Shown: positions 29,143 through 40,073 of the stretch, one piece after another
Layout: each line of letters starts with the position of its first letter
Numbering within the stretch: the stretch's first letter is position 1
IMG/VR virus record: IMGVR_UViG_3300028888_000136
DNA from: an uncultured virus (IMG/VR IMGVR_UViG_3300028888_000136)
Lineage: Duplodnaviria > Heunggongvirae > Uroviricota > Caudoviricetes
DNA length: 64,000 nt
Direction: 5' to 3' (one strand)
Translations under genes and position numbers: made by a program
The notes under the pieces: model-generated
What the model saw: the letters and a program-made list of their open reading frames with translations, nothing else
Told to the model about the DNA's origin: nothing
The model's database searches: none

Positions 29143-32004
29143 ATGGCAAAGACAAGAATATTACCAATTCCGCTCGGCGGTGGCGGTGGTGAGTGCAATT
29201 TGCAACAGAAAACCGCCACTCCAACCACATCCACCCAGACAGTCAGACCAGACGCTGGTTATGACGGTATGTCAAGAGTGACGATAGAGGGTGTTGATGC
29301 GAATATTGACCAGAACATCACCCCAGAAAACATCAAGGACGGAGTTGAAATACTCGGTGTGACTGGAACTTACGAAGGCGAAGGCGGACAATGCAACCTT
29401 GAGCAAGGGAAAATTATCAACCAAAACGGAACGTATGACGCGCAATTGGACGGTTATGACGGTTACGGAGAAATAGTGGTTGACGTGCAAGGCGGATGCA
29501 ACCTTGAGAATGGAAAGACAATCACCCAGAACGGCTATTATGATGCCCAGAGCGATGGATATGACGGTTTTGACGCGGTTGATGTGCTTGTACAACCGAA
29601 TGTCGGAAGTTTGTTTGTCGTTCCGCAAGTAATGCAACAGACTTTCAATGCTTCATCTGACGGTTACGATGGATATGACACGGTGGATGTCGCTGGAATG
29701 AACCTTCAATCAAAAACAATTACGCAGAACGGCACGTATGACGCGCAAAGCGATGGATATGACGGTTATTCGTATGTTGATGTTGACGTACAACCGAATG
29801 TCGGTTATAAATTAATAACCCAGAACGGCTATTATAATGCACAGAGCGATGACGGTTGGGACGGCTATTCCGAGGTTGACGTGCAAGTTACACCTAACAT
29901 TTCACACGGTGACGTTTTCACGCCTTCCACGCAGCAACAACAAATAACAGCTCCGATGGCAACTGACGGTTACAACGATTTCACCATTGAGGCCGTGGAT
30001 GCAAACATTGATGCGAATATTCAAGCTGGCAATATAAAGGACGGTGTTACAATTTTGGGTGTCACTGGCACGTACACTGGAGGCGGCAGTGTTGACTATA
30101 ACGAACTGTGTTTCACCGCAAACGAAGCAAACTGCACTGTGGAGATTGAGAATAGCGGCACGAATGCACCCGTTATGTACTACTCAACGGATGGAAGACA
30201 GACTTGGGCTTTGTGGGATTACTCAACAATCACTCTACAGAACGCTGGTGACAAGGTTTACTTTTACGGCAACAATCCAAACGGATTCTCAACATCTGAT
30301 AATGATACCAGTATGTTTGTGACAAGCGGTGATTTGTCGGTCAGTGGTAACATAATGACCCTTTTGACAAGGGACGGCTCTATGACAACCATACCGTCTA
30401 ACGATTGTTTTACATATTTGTTTAGTGACACAAGCATAACATCAGCGGATGATTTGGAGCTTCCAGCGACGACACTGGCAAATAATTGTTATTGTGGTAT
30501 GTTTGATGGATGCGCAAGTCTTGTATCTGTTCCAGAGCTTCCAGCAACAACAATGGCACAATGTTGTTATTATGGTATGTTCCAAGGATGCGCAAGTCTT
30601 GTAAATGCGCCAGAGCTTCCAGCAACGACACTGGCACATCAATGTTATGATTATATGTTCTATGAATGCACCAGTCTTGTGACCGCTCCAGAGCTTCCAG
30701 CAACGACATTGGCGGATTGGTGTTATGAATATATGTTCTATGGATGCACAAGTCTTGTATCTGCACCAGAATTGCCAGCAACTACGCTGGTAAATAATTG
30801 TTACGACAGTATGTTTGAAGACTGTTCAAATCTGAATTACGTTAAAGTCGGTGCTACTTTTTGGGACGAGAATTACGCAAACAATTGGCTTAACAATGTT
30901 TCACCTACTGGAACATTCGTCAAACCTTTTGAACTTGTTGTAGGAACTGGTACTGGCGAGATACCTTCTGACAATCCAAACGGAATCCCAGTTGGTTGGA
31001 CAGTCAAAATCGGAGACCTTGACAAACACGCTTTATGCTTCACAGCAGAAGCCGCAAATGTTGACATATCAATCTCACGTTCAGACACTTTCACTTTACC
31101 CACTTTGTATATCACTACTGATGACGGCGCAACTTGGACGCAGATGCAGCTCCAGACATCGTACCGTATCAAGAATATTGGTGACAAGGCGTATGTATAT
31201 GGAAACAACACGGCGTTGTCAACAGATATGACACACTATCTGTATTTCTCAACAAGCGGTCTGTTTTCCATCAGCGGAAATCTCACCACACTTCTGAATC
31301 CAAACGGAACAACCACATTGCCAGATTACGCTTTCAACGGCTTGTTCATAAATAACACGAGACTGATTAAAGCCGATTTGACGATTCCAGTCACTTCCGT
31401 TGGATTACGCTCTTTGTACGGTACTTTTGAGGGATGTAGTCAAATGGTTGAATGCAATCTTGAATTGTCAGCAACGACACTCGGAGACAATTGCTACGGT
31501 AGAATGTTCTACGGATGCACGAGATTGAGGAATACACCTACGACATTACCAGCGATGACACTTACAGATGCTTGTTACAATGATATGTTCAGCGATTGCA
31601 CATCAATCACAACAGCTCCAGAATTGCCAGCCACAACACTTGCAACAAACTGTTATGCTGGTATGTTCCATAATTGTGACGCTTTGGTTAATGCACCAGC
31701 AACTTTGCCAGCAACAACAACGGCAAGCAATTGTTATAACGGAATGTTCAATTTGTGTGAAAACCTTGAAAAAGCTCCAGAAATATTCGCCGACACGTTT
31801 AACGGTAATATGTACTATATGTTCCGTCAATGCCACAGTCTGAACTATATTAAAGTTCATTGCACGACTTGGGACACTTCTGGTGGAGACAATAGATGGG
31901 TTGAAAACGTTGGTGCGACTGGTACTTTTGAAAAACCTTCTGGAACAAACATCCCGACTGGTATGAACGGAATACCGACTGGATGGACTGTGATTGACTT
32001 CTAA
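29143..32004 (+). CDS. Fibre/adhesin with BspA-like leucine-rich repeats
   Basis: ELPATTLA..CY..MF.GC.SL repeats and ITQNG.Y...DGYDG repeats. Confidence 0.8.
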   Translation: MAKTRILPIPLGGGGGECNLQQKTATPTTSTQTVRPDAGYDGMSRVTIEGVDANIDQNITPENIKDGVEILGVTGTYEGEGGQCNLEQGKIINQNGTYDAQLDGYDGYGEIVVDVQGGCNLENGKTITQNGYYDAQSDGYDGFDAVDVLVQPNVGSLFVVPQVMQQTFNASSDGYDGYDTVDVAGMNLQSKTITQNGTYDAQSDGYDGYSYVDVDVQPNVGYKLITQNGYYNAQSDDGWDGYSEVDVQVTPNISHGDVFTPSTQQQQITAPMATDGYNDFTIEAVDANIDANIQAGNIKDGVTILGVTGTYTGGGSVDYNELCFTANEANCTVEIENSGTNAPVMYYSTDGRQTWALWDYSTITLQNAGDKVYFYGNNPNGFSTSDNDTSMFVTSGDLSVSGNIMTLLTRDGSMTTIPSNDCFTYLFSDTSITSADDLELPATTLANNCYCGMFDGCASLVSVPELPATTMAQCCYYGMFQGCASLVNAPELPATTLAHQCYDYMFYECTSLVTAPELPATTLADWCYEYMFYGCTSLVSAPELPATTLVNNCYDSMFEDCSNLNYVKVGATFWDENYANNWLNNVSPTGTFVKPFELVVGTGTGEIPSDNPNGIPVGWTVKIGDLDKHALCFTAEAANVDISISRSDTFTLPTLYITTDDGATWTQMQLQTSYRIKNIGDKAYVYGNNTALSTDMTHYLYFSTSGLFSISGNLTTLLNPNGTTTLPDYAFNGLFINNTRLIKADLTIPVTSVGLRSLYGTFEGCSQMVECNLELSATTLGDNCYGRMFYGCTRLRNTPTTLPAMTLTDACYNDMFSDCTSITTAPELPATTLATNCYAGMFHNCDALVNAPATLPATTTASNCYNGMFNLCENLEKAPEIFADTFNGNMYYMFRQCHSLNYIKVHCTTWDTSGGDNRWVENVGATGTFEKPSGTNIPTGMNGIPTGWTVIDF

Positions 32005-32057
32005 CGATATAAACTAACAAAACCGATACGATATAAACTAACAACACTAATTTATAC

Positions 32058-32087
32058 AAGGTGGTCAATATGGCCACCTTTTTTTTT
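32058..32087 (+). terminator. Intrinsic terminator
   Basis: aaggtggtca...tggccacctt plus T-run. Confidence 0.75.
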
Positions 32088-32138
32088 GGCAGTTCTTTAT
32101 TGAAATTGCCGACAAATAAATAGAAAATAGATTTAGAT

Positions 32139-33911
32139 ATGAGATTTATAGATTACTTGACAGCAAACAACCAGACTGGCGATTGGGAACCGCAATGCAA
32201 AATTGACACTGGAATAGCTATGACAGACCCAGACATAACCATTCGTATCAAATACAAGCAGAAATATCCATCCAGAGGATGGACTTTCTGTGACAGGATA
32301 GTTGGATATGCACCAACTATTGATTATCAAGATGAAGTCGGTGGTACAGGCGGAGGGTTTAGACTTTTCGGTTGGAGTGGCGGTACTTTTGACTGTGGTG
32401 GAAGATGGACTAATTTGGGAATTGTTGAACAAGATACAATGTATGATTTGACTTTCAATACAAACTACCTGTTTGACAATACAGATGGTACTATGCTTGT
32501 TACCAGTGCTGGCGGAGTAGTTCCAACAGTAGTAGGTACACATATATTCATTGACGTAAGTTGGACTGAAATATATGAGCTTACTATTCAAAATAACAAC
32601 GGCCTTCTTTTAGATGGCAAACCAGCTGTTGACAACAACGGAAATGTAGGACTGTGGGATTCCGTTTCTGAAAGCTTAATTTACAATCCAGATTTGGATA
32701 TGTACGACCCGAACCCAGTGGACTGTACGGACTGTAATAATTGGCAAGAATGCGGCTACGAATCATACGAAGACTGTCAGTGTCAACAATATGGAGAATG
32801 TCAACAGCCAGACTGTACGGACTGTACCAATTGGGAGGAGTGCGGGTATGAATCTCTTGAAGAGTGTCAGAACACACACAAAGTAAATTTATTACCATCT
32901 ACAATGAATAGGATTCATTTGCAAATATCTGGTGGCGGATGGCCAAATGAAAGAATTTACATAGGCGATATTTATGTCTGGGATGATGATGACAACGAGA
33001 TGGACAGTTTTCTGGAAGTTTACGTCAACAACGGACATATAAATTATTATGACAATGATTGGGATGACGATTTCGGCAGATATGTGGTTGAAACACATAC
33101 AGATACTGAACTTTTGATAAAATTTGAACCAGAGGAAAGAGGATGGTACATTGAATTTGAACAGTCGTTTGACAACTGTGAAGACTGGGAAAGCAGAGGT
33201 TATGAGAGTTATAGCGATTGTAATTGTCAAAACAATCAAATTTGCCCTCCAGAACCAGACTGCACCGACTGTAACAACTGGTCTGAATGTGGATATGAAA
33301 GCTATGATGATTGCCGTTGTCAACAATATGGCGAATGCCCTCCAGACTGTACGGATTGTAACAATTGGGAAGATTGCGGATATGAATCTTATGATGATTG
33401 CAGATGCCAACAGTACGGTGAATGCCCTCCAGAACCTCCAGTCCCTCCTGTTCCTGAAAGAACAAGGATAGTGGAGATACTTATGGACATACTCAAGGGA
33501 ATGGCCGAAGACGAATATTGTGATTTGGCATCATACCAATACAACGACAAACCTACAGCCAACATAGTGTTGGACAAGAAAATGGATGACCCTACGGCAT
33601 TGTTAATACAGATAACAGACTGGAAAATTGACTGGTCCAAAGGAAGGATATTGGAGAAAGCAGCTATAAATCTGTCTTTCCTGAAAAAAGAGCCTAAACT
33701 TGACGCCAAAGGCATTGAACAGGAGGCTATTGTGAGCGATATGAAGGATTTGGCTATTGAGTTCCTGAGAAGGCTGAAGCAACGCAGATTCCAAGTGAGG
33801 ATAGTTGACGATGAAATAACGGTAAAATCTGTTTTCTTGCGCTCAGACAGCAACAGGACTGGTGTTAATTTACAATTTGAATTAGAGGAGGTACAGGGAA
33901 ATTGTCTATGA
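32139..33911 (+). CDS. Cys-rich repeat protein with C-terminal putative tail-terminator domain
   Basis: DCTDCNNW.ECGYESY.DC.CQQYGEC repeats; C-domain homologous to that of 2-724. Confidence 0.7.
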   Translation: MRFIDYLTANNQTGDWEPQCKIDTGIAMTDPDITIRIKYKQKYPSRGWTFCDRIVGYAPTIDYQDEVGGTGGGFRLFGWSGGTFDCGGRWTNLGIVEQDTMYDLTFNTNYLFDNTDGTMLVTSAGGVVPTVVGTHIFIDVSWTEIYELTIQNNNGLLLDGKPAVDNNGNVGLWDSVSESLIYNPDLDMYDPNPVDCTDCNNWQECGYESYEDCQCQQYGECQQPDCTDCTNWEECGYESLEECQNTHKVNLLPSTMNRIHLQISGGGWPNERIYIGDIYVWDDDDNEMDSFLEVYVNNGHINYYDNDWDDDFGRYVVETHTDTELLIKFEPEERGWYIEFEQSFDNCEDWESRGYESYSDCNCQNNQICPPEPDCTDCNNWSECGYESYDDCRCQQYGECPPDCTDCNNWEDCGYESYDDCRCQQYGECPPEPPVPPVPERTRIVEILMDILKGMAEDEYCDLASYQYNDKPTANIVLDKKMDDPTALLIQITDWKIDWSKGRILEKAAINLSFLKKEPKLDAKGIEQEAIVSDMKDLAIEFLRRLKQRRFQVRIVDDEITVKSVFLRSDSNRTGVNLQFELEEVQGNCL

Positions 33912-34430
33912 CGCATAACGCCATATATATTTATATGATGTTTTGTTTCTTCCTCTACAACAATCACTAATTTTGCTCCCATAGAATCCTAATTCACTCT
34001 CAATATTTTTAATTGATGACCAAGTTTTGATAAATTTGCCATCTAAATCGTATTGGTTTATTTTTTTATAGTGTGAAGTAGCTGAACGCTTTGTCCTGTT
34101 TCCATAATTACAATTGTATTTATTGTCACACCATTCCAAATTGTCAACTCGGTTATTCGTAACATCTTCGTCAATATGATTTACTTGCGGCAGATTATCT
34201 GGATTTGGGATAAAAGCATCAGCTACTAGTCGGTGTATTCTATGTTGTTTATAGGAACCGTTTTTATATAACGTTAAGGCAAGATACCCTTTAGTTTTTT
34301 TTACTTGTTTTAATATTTTTTCATTTCCAGTTCTGCGATAATTAAGACTTTTAACCCTGCCAAGGTTTGATATTTCATAAATACCCTCATAGCCATTCAC
34401 TGGTTTCCATATTTCATAAAGTTCTGTCAT
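33906..34430 (-). CDS. NUMOD4-HNH-NUMOD1 homing endonuclease
   Basis: WKPVNGYEGIYEISNLGRVKS, HRLVA, VNHID...NNRVDNLEW. Confidence 0.92.
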   Translation of the reverse strand: MTELYEIWKPVNGYEGIYEISNLGRVKSLNYRRTGNEKILKQVKKTKGYLALTLYKNGSYKQHRIHRLVADAFIPNPDNLPQVNHIDEDVTNNRVDNLEWCDNKYNCNYGNRTKRSATSHYKKINQYDLDGKFIKTWSSIKNIESELGFYGSKISDCCRGRNKTSYKYIWRYAS

Positions 34431-34485
34431 AAAACTGTAATTAAATTAATGGAAATTATACGAATATTCTACTAATAAAACAATA

Positions 34486-34989
34486 ATGCTTATAACAAAA
34501 AGGACAAAAACGAGGGATATTCTTCCTTTGCTCAACGAGGAGAGGATGAAAACATTGATAGACGCTATACCAGAATATCCGTTGGAGAAACCACTGTTGG
34601 AAATGACGATAGGCGAGTTCATTGATGTTCTGGATGACGGATACGCCCTCAAATATCTGAAGGAAAGAAGGGCATACAAGGCGTTCGGTAAGATGAAATC
34701 CTTCAAAAACCAGCTTGAGGCCATCACCAATTTCCTTGAAATGAACAATGTGGAGGCTGACAGCGACCAGATAGCCGCTGCAAACGGTGTGCAATTCCTC
34801 ACTTTCGAGGAGAATATGCTGTACACAACGGCTGAATTCTTCCACCTGAAATCGTTTGATGAGGCTGAAAAAGTGAAACTGACCAATTATTTGCTCATAA
34901 ACAAGAAAAACACATCGGAGACAAAGTACCAATACAACCTGAACAAAATAATGGAAAGAAAACAAAAGACCAAAAATGGCAGACATTGA
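34486..34989 (+). CDS. Putative tail assembly chaperone
   Basis: Paralog of 709-1239. Confidence 0.5.
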   Translation: MLITKRTKTRDILPLLNEERMKTLIDAIPEYPLEKPLLEMTIGEFIDVLDDGYALKYLKERRAYKAFGKMKSFKNQLEAITNFLEMNNVEADSDQIAAANGVQFLTFEENMLYTTAEFFHLKSFDEAEKVKLTNYLLINKKNTSETKYQYNLNKIMERKQKTKNGRH

Positions 34990-35512
34990 TACCAGACTTG
35001 ATTTTGAAAAAGTGCTTTCTGAATGGGCTAATGGTGTTATAAAGAAAATACAGTCCAATATGGAGACTGAAAATGTCAACGCCAGCGGTGATACATCAAG
35101 AAGCCTTGAATATAAATTCACAGACAAGGGAATACAGATACTTGGGGCACCGTATTTTGCCGAGAGGACTGAAATTGGACGCACACCGACAAAAAACCAT
35201 CAGTCATTTGACTTCCAATCCATTATAGCGCAATGGATTAAGGACAAAGGTCTTGACATTAAATGGGGACTTGACGAGGAAAGGGATATAAGGAAAGTCG
35301 CTGGAGCCATAGTGCACACCATATCAACAAGAGGTTCCAGAAAATACAGGGAACCAGACAAACAGACCGATGTCTATTCAACTGTTGTAATTGAATCTGT
35401 TGACATTCTCACAGATATGCTTTTGACAGGCACAACAGAAAGGCTTCTCGGTATGGTTGACAACATTGCAAGGGAAGACGGTGACAAAGTGTCAACAACA
35501 AAAATAAAATAA
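34976..35512 (+). CDS. Putative tail completion/neck protein
   Basis: ASGDTSRSL motif; paralog of 1239-1703. Confidence 0.55.
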   Translation: MADIDTRLDFEKVLSEWANGVIKKIQSNMETENVNASGDTSRSLEYKFTDKGIQILGAPYFAERTEIGRTPTKNHQSFDFQSIIAQWIKDKGLDIKWGLDEERDIRKVAGAIVHTISTRGSRKYREPDKQTDVYSTVVIESVDILTDMLLTGTTERLLGMVDNIAREDGDKVSTTKIK

Positions 35513-35533
35513 CTTAAAAAACAAAATAGATAT

Positions 35534-38500
35534 ATGGCATCAGGAACTTTATCAAAAGATGTTATAGTGAATATAGAAATCAAGGACCAGGAGGCTGTTA
35601 CCAACATTGCCGCCCTGTCAAAACGCATTGACGAGCTTAAGGCCAGACAGAAACTCCTGAACGAACAGCAGAGGGATTTGAACAAACAGCTAAAGGAAGG
35701 GGCGATAACGGAAGAGCAATACGCCGATGCCCTTGAGAAGAAATATGTCGAAATAGCCAAGAACGAGACTCTTCTCAAAGAGACTAAACGCTCGCTTAGC
35801 GCATACCAGAAGGAACTTCAAAACAACATTGTCGCTGAAAAGGCTGAAAAAGGCAGTCTTGACGCTCTGAGGGCACAACTCCTTAATATGAGGAAAGCTT
35901 ACGAAAGTATGTCAGAGGTTGAAAGAAACACAGATTTCGGTCAGAAACAACAAAAGGATATAGCCGATTTGACTCAGAAAATCAAGGACTTAGAGTATGC
36001 GCAGCTTGATTTCAAACGGAATGTAGGAAATTATCCTGAGACAACTCAGTCGGCTAAACAGGCTTTGAAGGAGATGAGGATAGAGTGTGAAAATCTTGCT
36101 GTAGCATTGGCACAAAGCGAGGGTGAAATACAGGCCCAGAACACGCTGTTGAAAAACCTTGCCACGACTCTTGGGACAGATTCACAGGAATACAAGGACG
36201 CTGCCGCAGAACTGAACCGTATGAATACGGAATACGACACTTCCAAACAGAAATTAAGCGAGATGACAGCCGAGACTGGTAAACTGGCCGACACATTGGG
36301 TGATGTCAGACAGAACATCAACTCATTCGCAAACGACCAGCAGAAGATAGCCGCTATGCAGGAGGGTGTCAGTGTCCTCACCAGCACATACACGATATTG
36401 GCTGGCTCAATGAAAGCGTTGGGCTTAGAGAGTAAATCACTGCTAGAAGTTTATGCTAAAATACAAATTGTCCAACAGTCCGTCAATTCACTAATGACAA
36501 TCTACAAGGCACTGAACAAGGATTCAAACTTGATGATTGTCTTGCGTAACAAAATGGAACAGACAAGGCTGGTATGGTCCAAAGCATACGCCAAGTCATT
36601 GGAGGAACAGAATGCGGCCATCATAGCCAACATAGCGGCAGAAAAAACCAACGCAGCGGCTACAACAGCGACAGCAACAGCCGAGGGAGTGGCCACAGCA
36701 GCCACATTTTCATTGAAAGCCGCGTTTGACGCATTGAAGGCCACTTTGCTCACCAATCCATTCACAGCGATACTTGTAGGAATTGTCGCTGTCGGTGCCA
36801 CTATAGGTGCTGTTGTGAAGAAGATTGTCAAATCGAACAAAGAGGCCAAAGAATCCGAAAAGGAACTTGCCGAACAAACTAAAAAAACTTCCGAAGAATA
36901 CAAGAAAGCGATAGACAAGAGGGTTTCCGCTATGAATTCGGCATCCAAGACATACACAGAACAAATAGCAAAAGTGAAATCATTGCTAAGTGTATTGAAA
37001 TCAGAAACATCAACTTACGATGCCAAAAAGAAAGCCGTAAACGAACTAAACAGGCTTGTCCCAGCATATAACGGACATATCTCCAAAACTGGCCAGATAG
37101 TTAAGGAAAATTCAGCGGCAATTGACAAATACATAAAAGATTTGGAACGTCAGGCAGAGGCTGTGGCTACTATGAACGCCCTTATTTCAGCATATGAAAA
37201 CAAAATAGAGGCCGACAGAAAGAAAAGGGAGAACGACAGATACCAGAAATACTACCAAGATATGCTTAACAAATACCAAGATATGCTTGACGAGCAGTAC
37301 AGTATGGAAGCCAGATTAAGAGACCCGCAGATAATTATGACGGCACAAAAAAACATTGACTACTACTCTAAGAAAATGTCAGCTGTGAAAGAAGAGGCTA
37401 AGGCGATAAACAAAGAACTTGACGGTGTCAACAAGGATATAAAGTATTTTTCTTCCATTGCAAAGGATATTCCTGTGTTTACAAACGAAAATACATCTGG
37501 CTCTGGGTCGGAGGAAAACGAAAACGTAAAGAACGCCCAGAAGCAATATGATGAAATGCTGAAAATAGCGGAGGACTACTACAATGAATTGGAGAAAATG
37601 GCCGATGATTCGGTTAAGACATTGACTGAAAAGGAAAACAACAGATACAAAGGCGAGAAAAACCAGTTGGAAACTGCATTGTCCGATGCCCAGAAACTAT
37701 ACGAACAGTTATCAAAAGACCCGAAACTGTTGAAGGAGTTACAAAAGAAGAACAAATACCTGTCACTTGAATCCCTTTCAAACCAGATAAAAATACTGGA
37801 GAAAGAGCTTGAGAATGTTGAAACAAAACACAATGAAAATCTTGACAAAATCACTTCCGACACAGAAACAAGTTTCAATCTCATAATGACGAAACTCAGG
37901 TACGATTTGGATAAATCAAGCTCCAACCTGACGGCAAAATACACAGCGGAACTCAAATCAAGGCTTGACGCTCTTGACGATGAACTTAAAAAGGAACTTG
38001 ATGCTTATGAATACAATGAACAACAGAAAATTGAGATAACAAAACTATATGAAGAGAAAAAAAGACGCTTGATAAGCGAATTTTCTAACGGTTCGATTGG
38101 CGATTATTCAAACATAGACAACTTAAACCAACTGCATACACAGCTTGCAAATGATTTGGCTGAGATAGAATCTATGAAACAGGCCGAACTCGCCGTATTC
38201 AAGGGTACTGAGGAAGAAAAACTGGCCATAACCGAGAAATATGCAAACAAGAGGGTGGCGGCTGAACAGTCGGCATCAAGACAGGAAGCCAAGATATGGA
38301 TGAATTCCACTTTGACAATAGCTAACGCACTTTCAACAACACTTGGGAATATGTCCGACCTTTTCAACACTCTTGCCGAAGACGATGAGAAGATGAACAG
38401 ATACTCAAAAGAGCTGGCTATGGGTCAAATCATTCTTTCAGCCGCTGTAGCCACCGCACAGGCTGTAGTCGCTGCAATCAATTTCGGTAAGGACACTGGA

Positions 38501-38968
38501 CTTGGCGCTGTGGTTGCCATACCTTTGGCATTGGCCGAGTTTATGGGAATAGTCGCTTCTGTTATAGCACAGGCGAAACAGACGCTTTCTTCCGCCACTT
38601 CCAGCAAACCCAGATTTGCGGATGGAGGTCTGGTCGGTAACAGGACCACAAGGAGAAAAGATGACACTATTGACGCGAAACTGTCCGAAGGAGAATATGT
38701 AATAAAGAGTGATGTGGTTGAAAAATACGGTGTGAAATTCTTCGATTTCCTGAACTACGGAAAAAAAGTGACGCACAGTGCTAAGAACACATACGCCGAT
38801 GGTGGTCAGGTTGTGCCTCAGTCTGTCATTGACAAGACACAGACATTCACTATGAATGATTTTGTCGAGGCACTAAAACAAATGCCAGCACCGCAAGTGT
38901 CGGTTAAAGAGATTTCCAATGTACAGAAGCGTGTGTCTGTCAAAGAGAGCATATCAAAATTAAAATAA
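35534..38968 (+). CDS. Tape measure protein (1144 aa)
   Basis: Coiled coil, NPFTAI, FADGG..LSEGEYVI motifs. Confidence 0.88.
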   Translation: MASGTLSKDVIVNIEIKDQEAVTNIAALSKRIDELKARQKLLNEQQRDLNKQLKEGAITEEQYADALEKKYVEIAKNETLLKETKRSLSAYQKELQNNIVAEKAEKGSLDALRAQLLNMRKAYESMSEVERNTDFGQKQQKDIADLTQKIKDLEYAQLDFKRNVGNYPETTQSAKQALKEMRIECENLAVALAQSEGEIQAQNTLLKNLATTLGTDSQEYKDAAAELNRMNTEYDTSKQKLSEMTAETGKLADTLGDVRQNINSFANDQQKIAAMQEGVSVLTSTYTILAGSMKALGLESKSLLEVYAKIQIVQQSVNSLMTIYKALNKDSNLMIVLRNKMEQTRLVWSKAYAKSLEEQNAAIIANIAAEKTNAAATTATATAEGVATAATFSLKAAFDALKATLLTNPFTAILVGIVAVGATIGAVVKKIVKSNKEAKESEKELAEQTKKTSEEYKKAIDKRVSAMNSASKTYTEQIAKVKSLLSVLKSETSTYDAKKKAVNELNRLVPAYNGHISKTGQIVKENSAAIDKYIKDLERQAEAVATMNALISAYENKIEADRKKRENDRYQKYYQDMLNKYQDMLDEQYSMEARLRDPQIIMTAQKNIDYYSKKMSAVKEEAKAINKELDGVNKDIKYFSSIAKDIPVFTNENTSGSGSEENENVKNAQKQYDEMLKIAEDYYNELEKMADDSVKTLTEKENNRYKGEKNQLETALSDAQKLYEQLSKDPKLLKELQKKNKYLSLESLSNQIKILEKELENVETKHNENLDKITSDTETSFNLIMTKLRYDLDKSSSNLTAKYTAELKSRLDALDDELKKELDAYEYNEQQKIEITKLYEEKKRRLISEFSNGSIGDYSNIDNLNQLHTQLANDLAEIESMKQAELAVFKGTEEEKLAITEKYANKRVAAEQSASRQEAKIWMNSTLTIANALSTTLGNMSDLFNTLAEDDEKMNRYSKELAMGQIILSAAVATAQAVVAAINFGKDTGLGAVVAIPLALAEFMGIVASVIAQAKQTLSSATSSKPRFADGGLVGNRTTRRKDDTIDAKLSEGEYVIKSDVVEKYGVKFFDFLNYGKKVTHSAKNTYADGGQVVPQSVIDKTQTFTMNDFVEALKQMPAPQVSVKEISNVQKRVSVKESISKLK

Positions 38969-38987
38969 TTGAAACAATACATAAATA

Positions 38988-40064
38988 ATGAGAAGTTATA
39001 CATACAACAACGTAACGGTAACCTACGGCGAGCAGGTACTCTGGACAGGGGACAGCAACACCATAACAATTGAGTCAAGCGTGTCAACTGACGAGGTTGG
39101 TGCCGATATAATCATAAGACACCCGTCTGGTGTTGAAACAAGGACAATCAGACATTTAAGCGAGCTTCCAAGGATAGTTTTCGTAATAGATGACGCTCTA
39201 ATCGCACTTGACGATGACAATATAGGTCAATACACTGCACAGGTAAACGTATATAAAAACGGAATTTACGATTTCTCGCACACTTTCTCATTCCAATTGC
39301 TCAAGGGGAAATCGTTCACCAACCAGTCACACGCTATCAGCAGGACATTATACCTGTACGACCCTGACGAGCTTGTGAAATTGCAGGTGTATTCTCCAGA
39401 AAGCGGTTCTTTCCATTTCGGAAGCACATACCTTCCTTTGTACCAAGGATTGAACCAATACAATATGTCCCAACATATCACTACCTTGGGAACATATACT
39501 TTCTGTCTTGAGAACGAGGTTGTACAACCTGTTGCTGTGATAAGCGGTGATACAGCTAAGACACCGTTTTCATCAACATTGTATTATTCGGTAATCAAAT
39601 CCAATGAAGACCCTTCGTATGAAGAAAAGGGGGGAGATGTATGGAAATATGACGAAACCATCTTCCCTGTATGCTACACTATCGTATATGACGAAGCCTG
39701 CTGGTCCAAGGATTTCGTGGAGTTGAGATACAGGGACTGTGACGGCTGCATAAGATACCTTGGCGGTAAGCTTGCATCCGAGACAAACGAGGTTGGAGGA
39801 ACTCCTTACACGCGGACGGAAACCGACAATGTATTCCGCAACATTCCAAGAAAACACATAGAGAACACCAAACGCACATTGAAGGTAGGTTTTATGAACG
39901 TAGCAAAAAACGCCTATCCTCAGGACATTCTCTATTCTTCAGATGTTTATATGCGTATGTACAACAGCGAATGGTGGCCAGTTGTGATAGGCAGCGACAA
40001 AATAGAAACCAAAAGGGATGACACACAGGACATAGAACTTGAAATAATAATCAGCGAAGAATAG
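38988..40064 (+). CDS. Tail tip protein (distal-tail position)
   Basis: Paralog of 5898-6842. Confidence 0.55.
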   Translation: MRSYTYNNVTVTYGEQVLWTGDSNTITIESSVSTDEVGADIIIRHPSGVETRTIRHLSELPRIVFVIDDALIALDDDNIGQYTAQVNVYKNGIYDFSHTFSFQLLKGKSFTNQSHAISRTLYLYDPDELVKLQVYSPESGSFHFGSTYLPLYQGLNQYNMSQHITTLGTYTFCLENEVVQPVAVISGDTAKTPFSSTLYYSVIKSNEDPSYEEKGGDVWKYDETIFPVCYTIVYDEACWSKDFVELRYRDCDGCIRYLGGKLASETNEVGGTPYTRTETDNVFRNIPRKHIENTKRTLKVGFMNVAKNAYPQDILYSSDVYMRMYNSEWWPVVIGSDKIETKRDDTQDIELEIIISEE

Positions 40065-40073
40065 ATAGCGGAT

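Noticed and set aside
32004..32044. 17-bp direct duplication ACGATATAAACTAACAA after the fibre stop
   Set aside because: Two copies only; likely a slippage or recombination scar.
28065..33911. Diversity-generating retroelement acting on fibre genes
   Set aside because: No reverse transcriptase in the window; differences between repeat copies are mostly synonymous and not adenine-specific.
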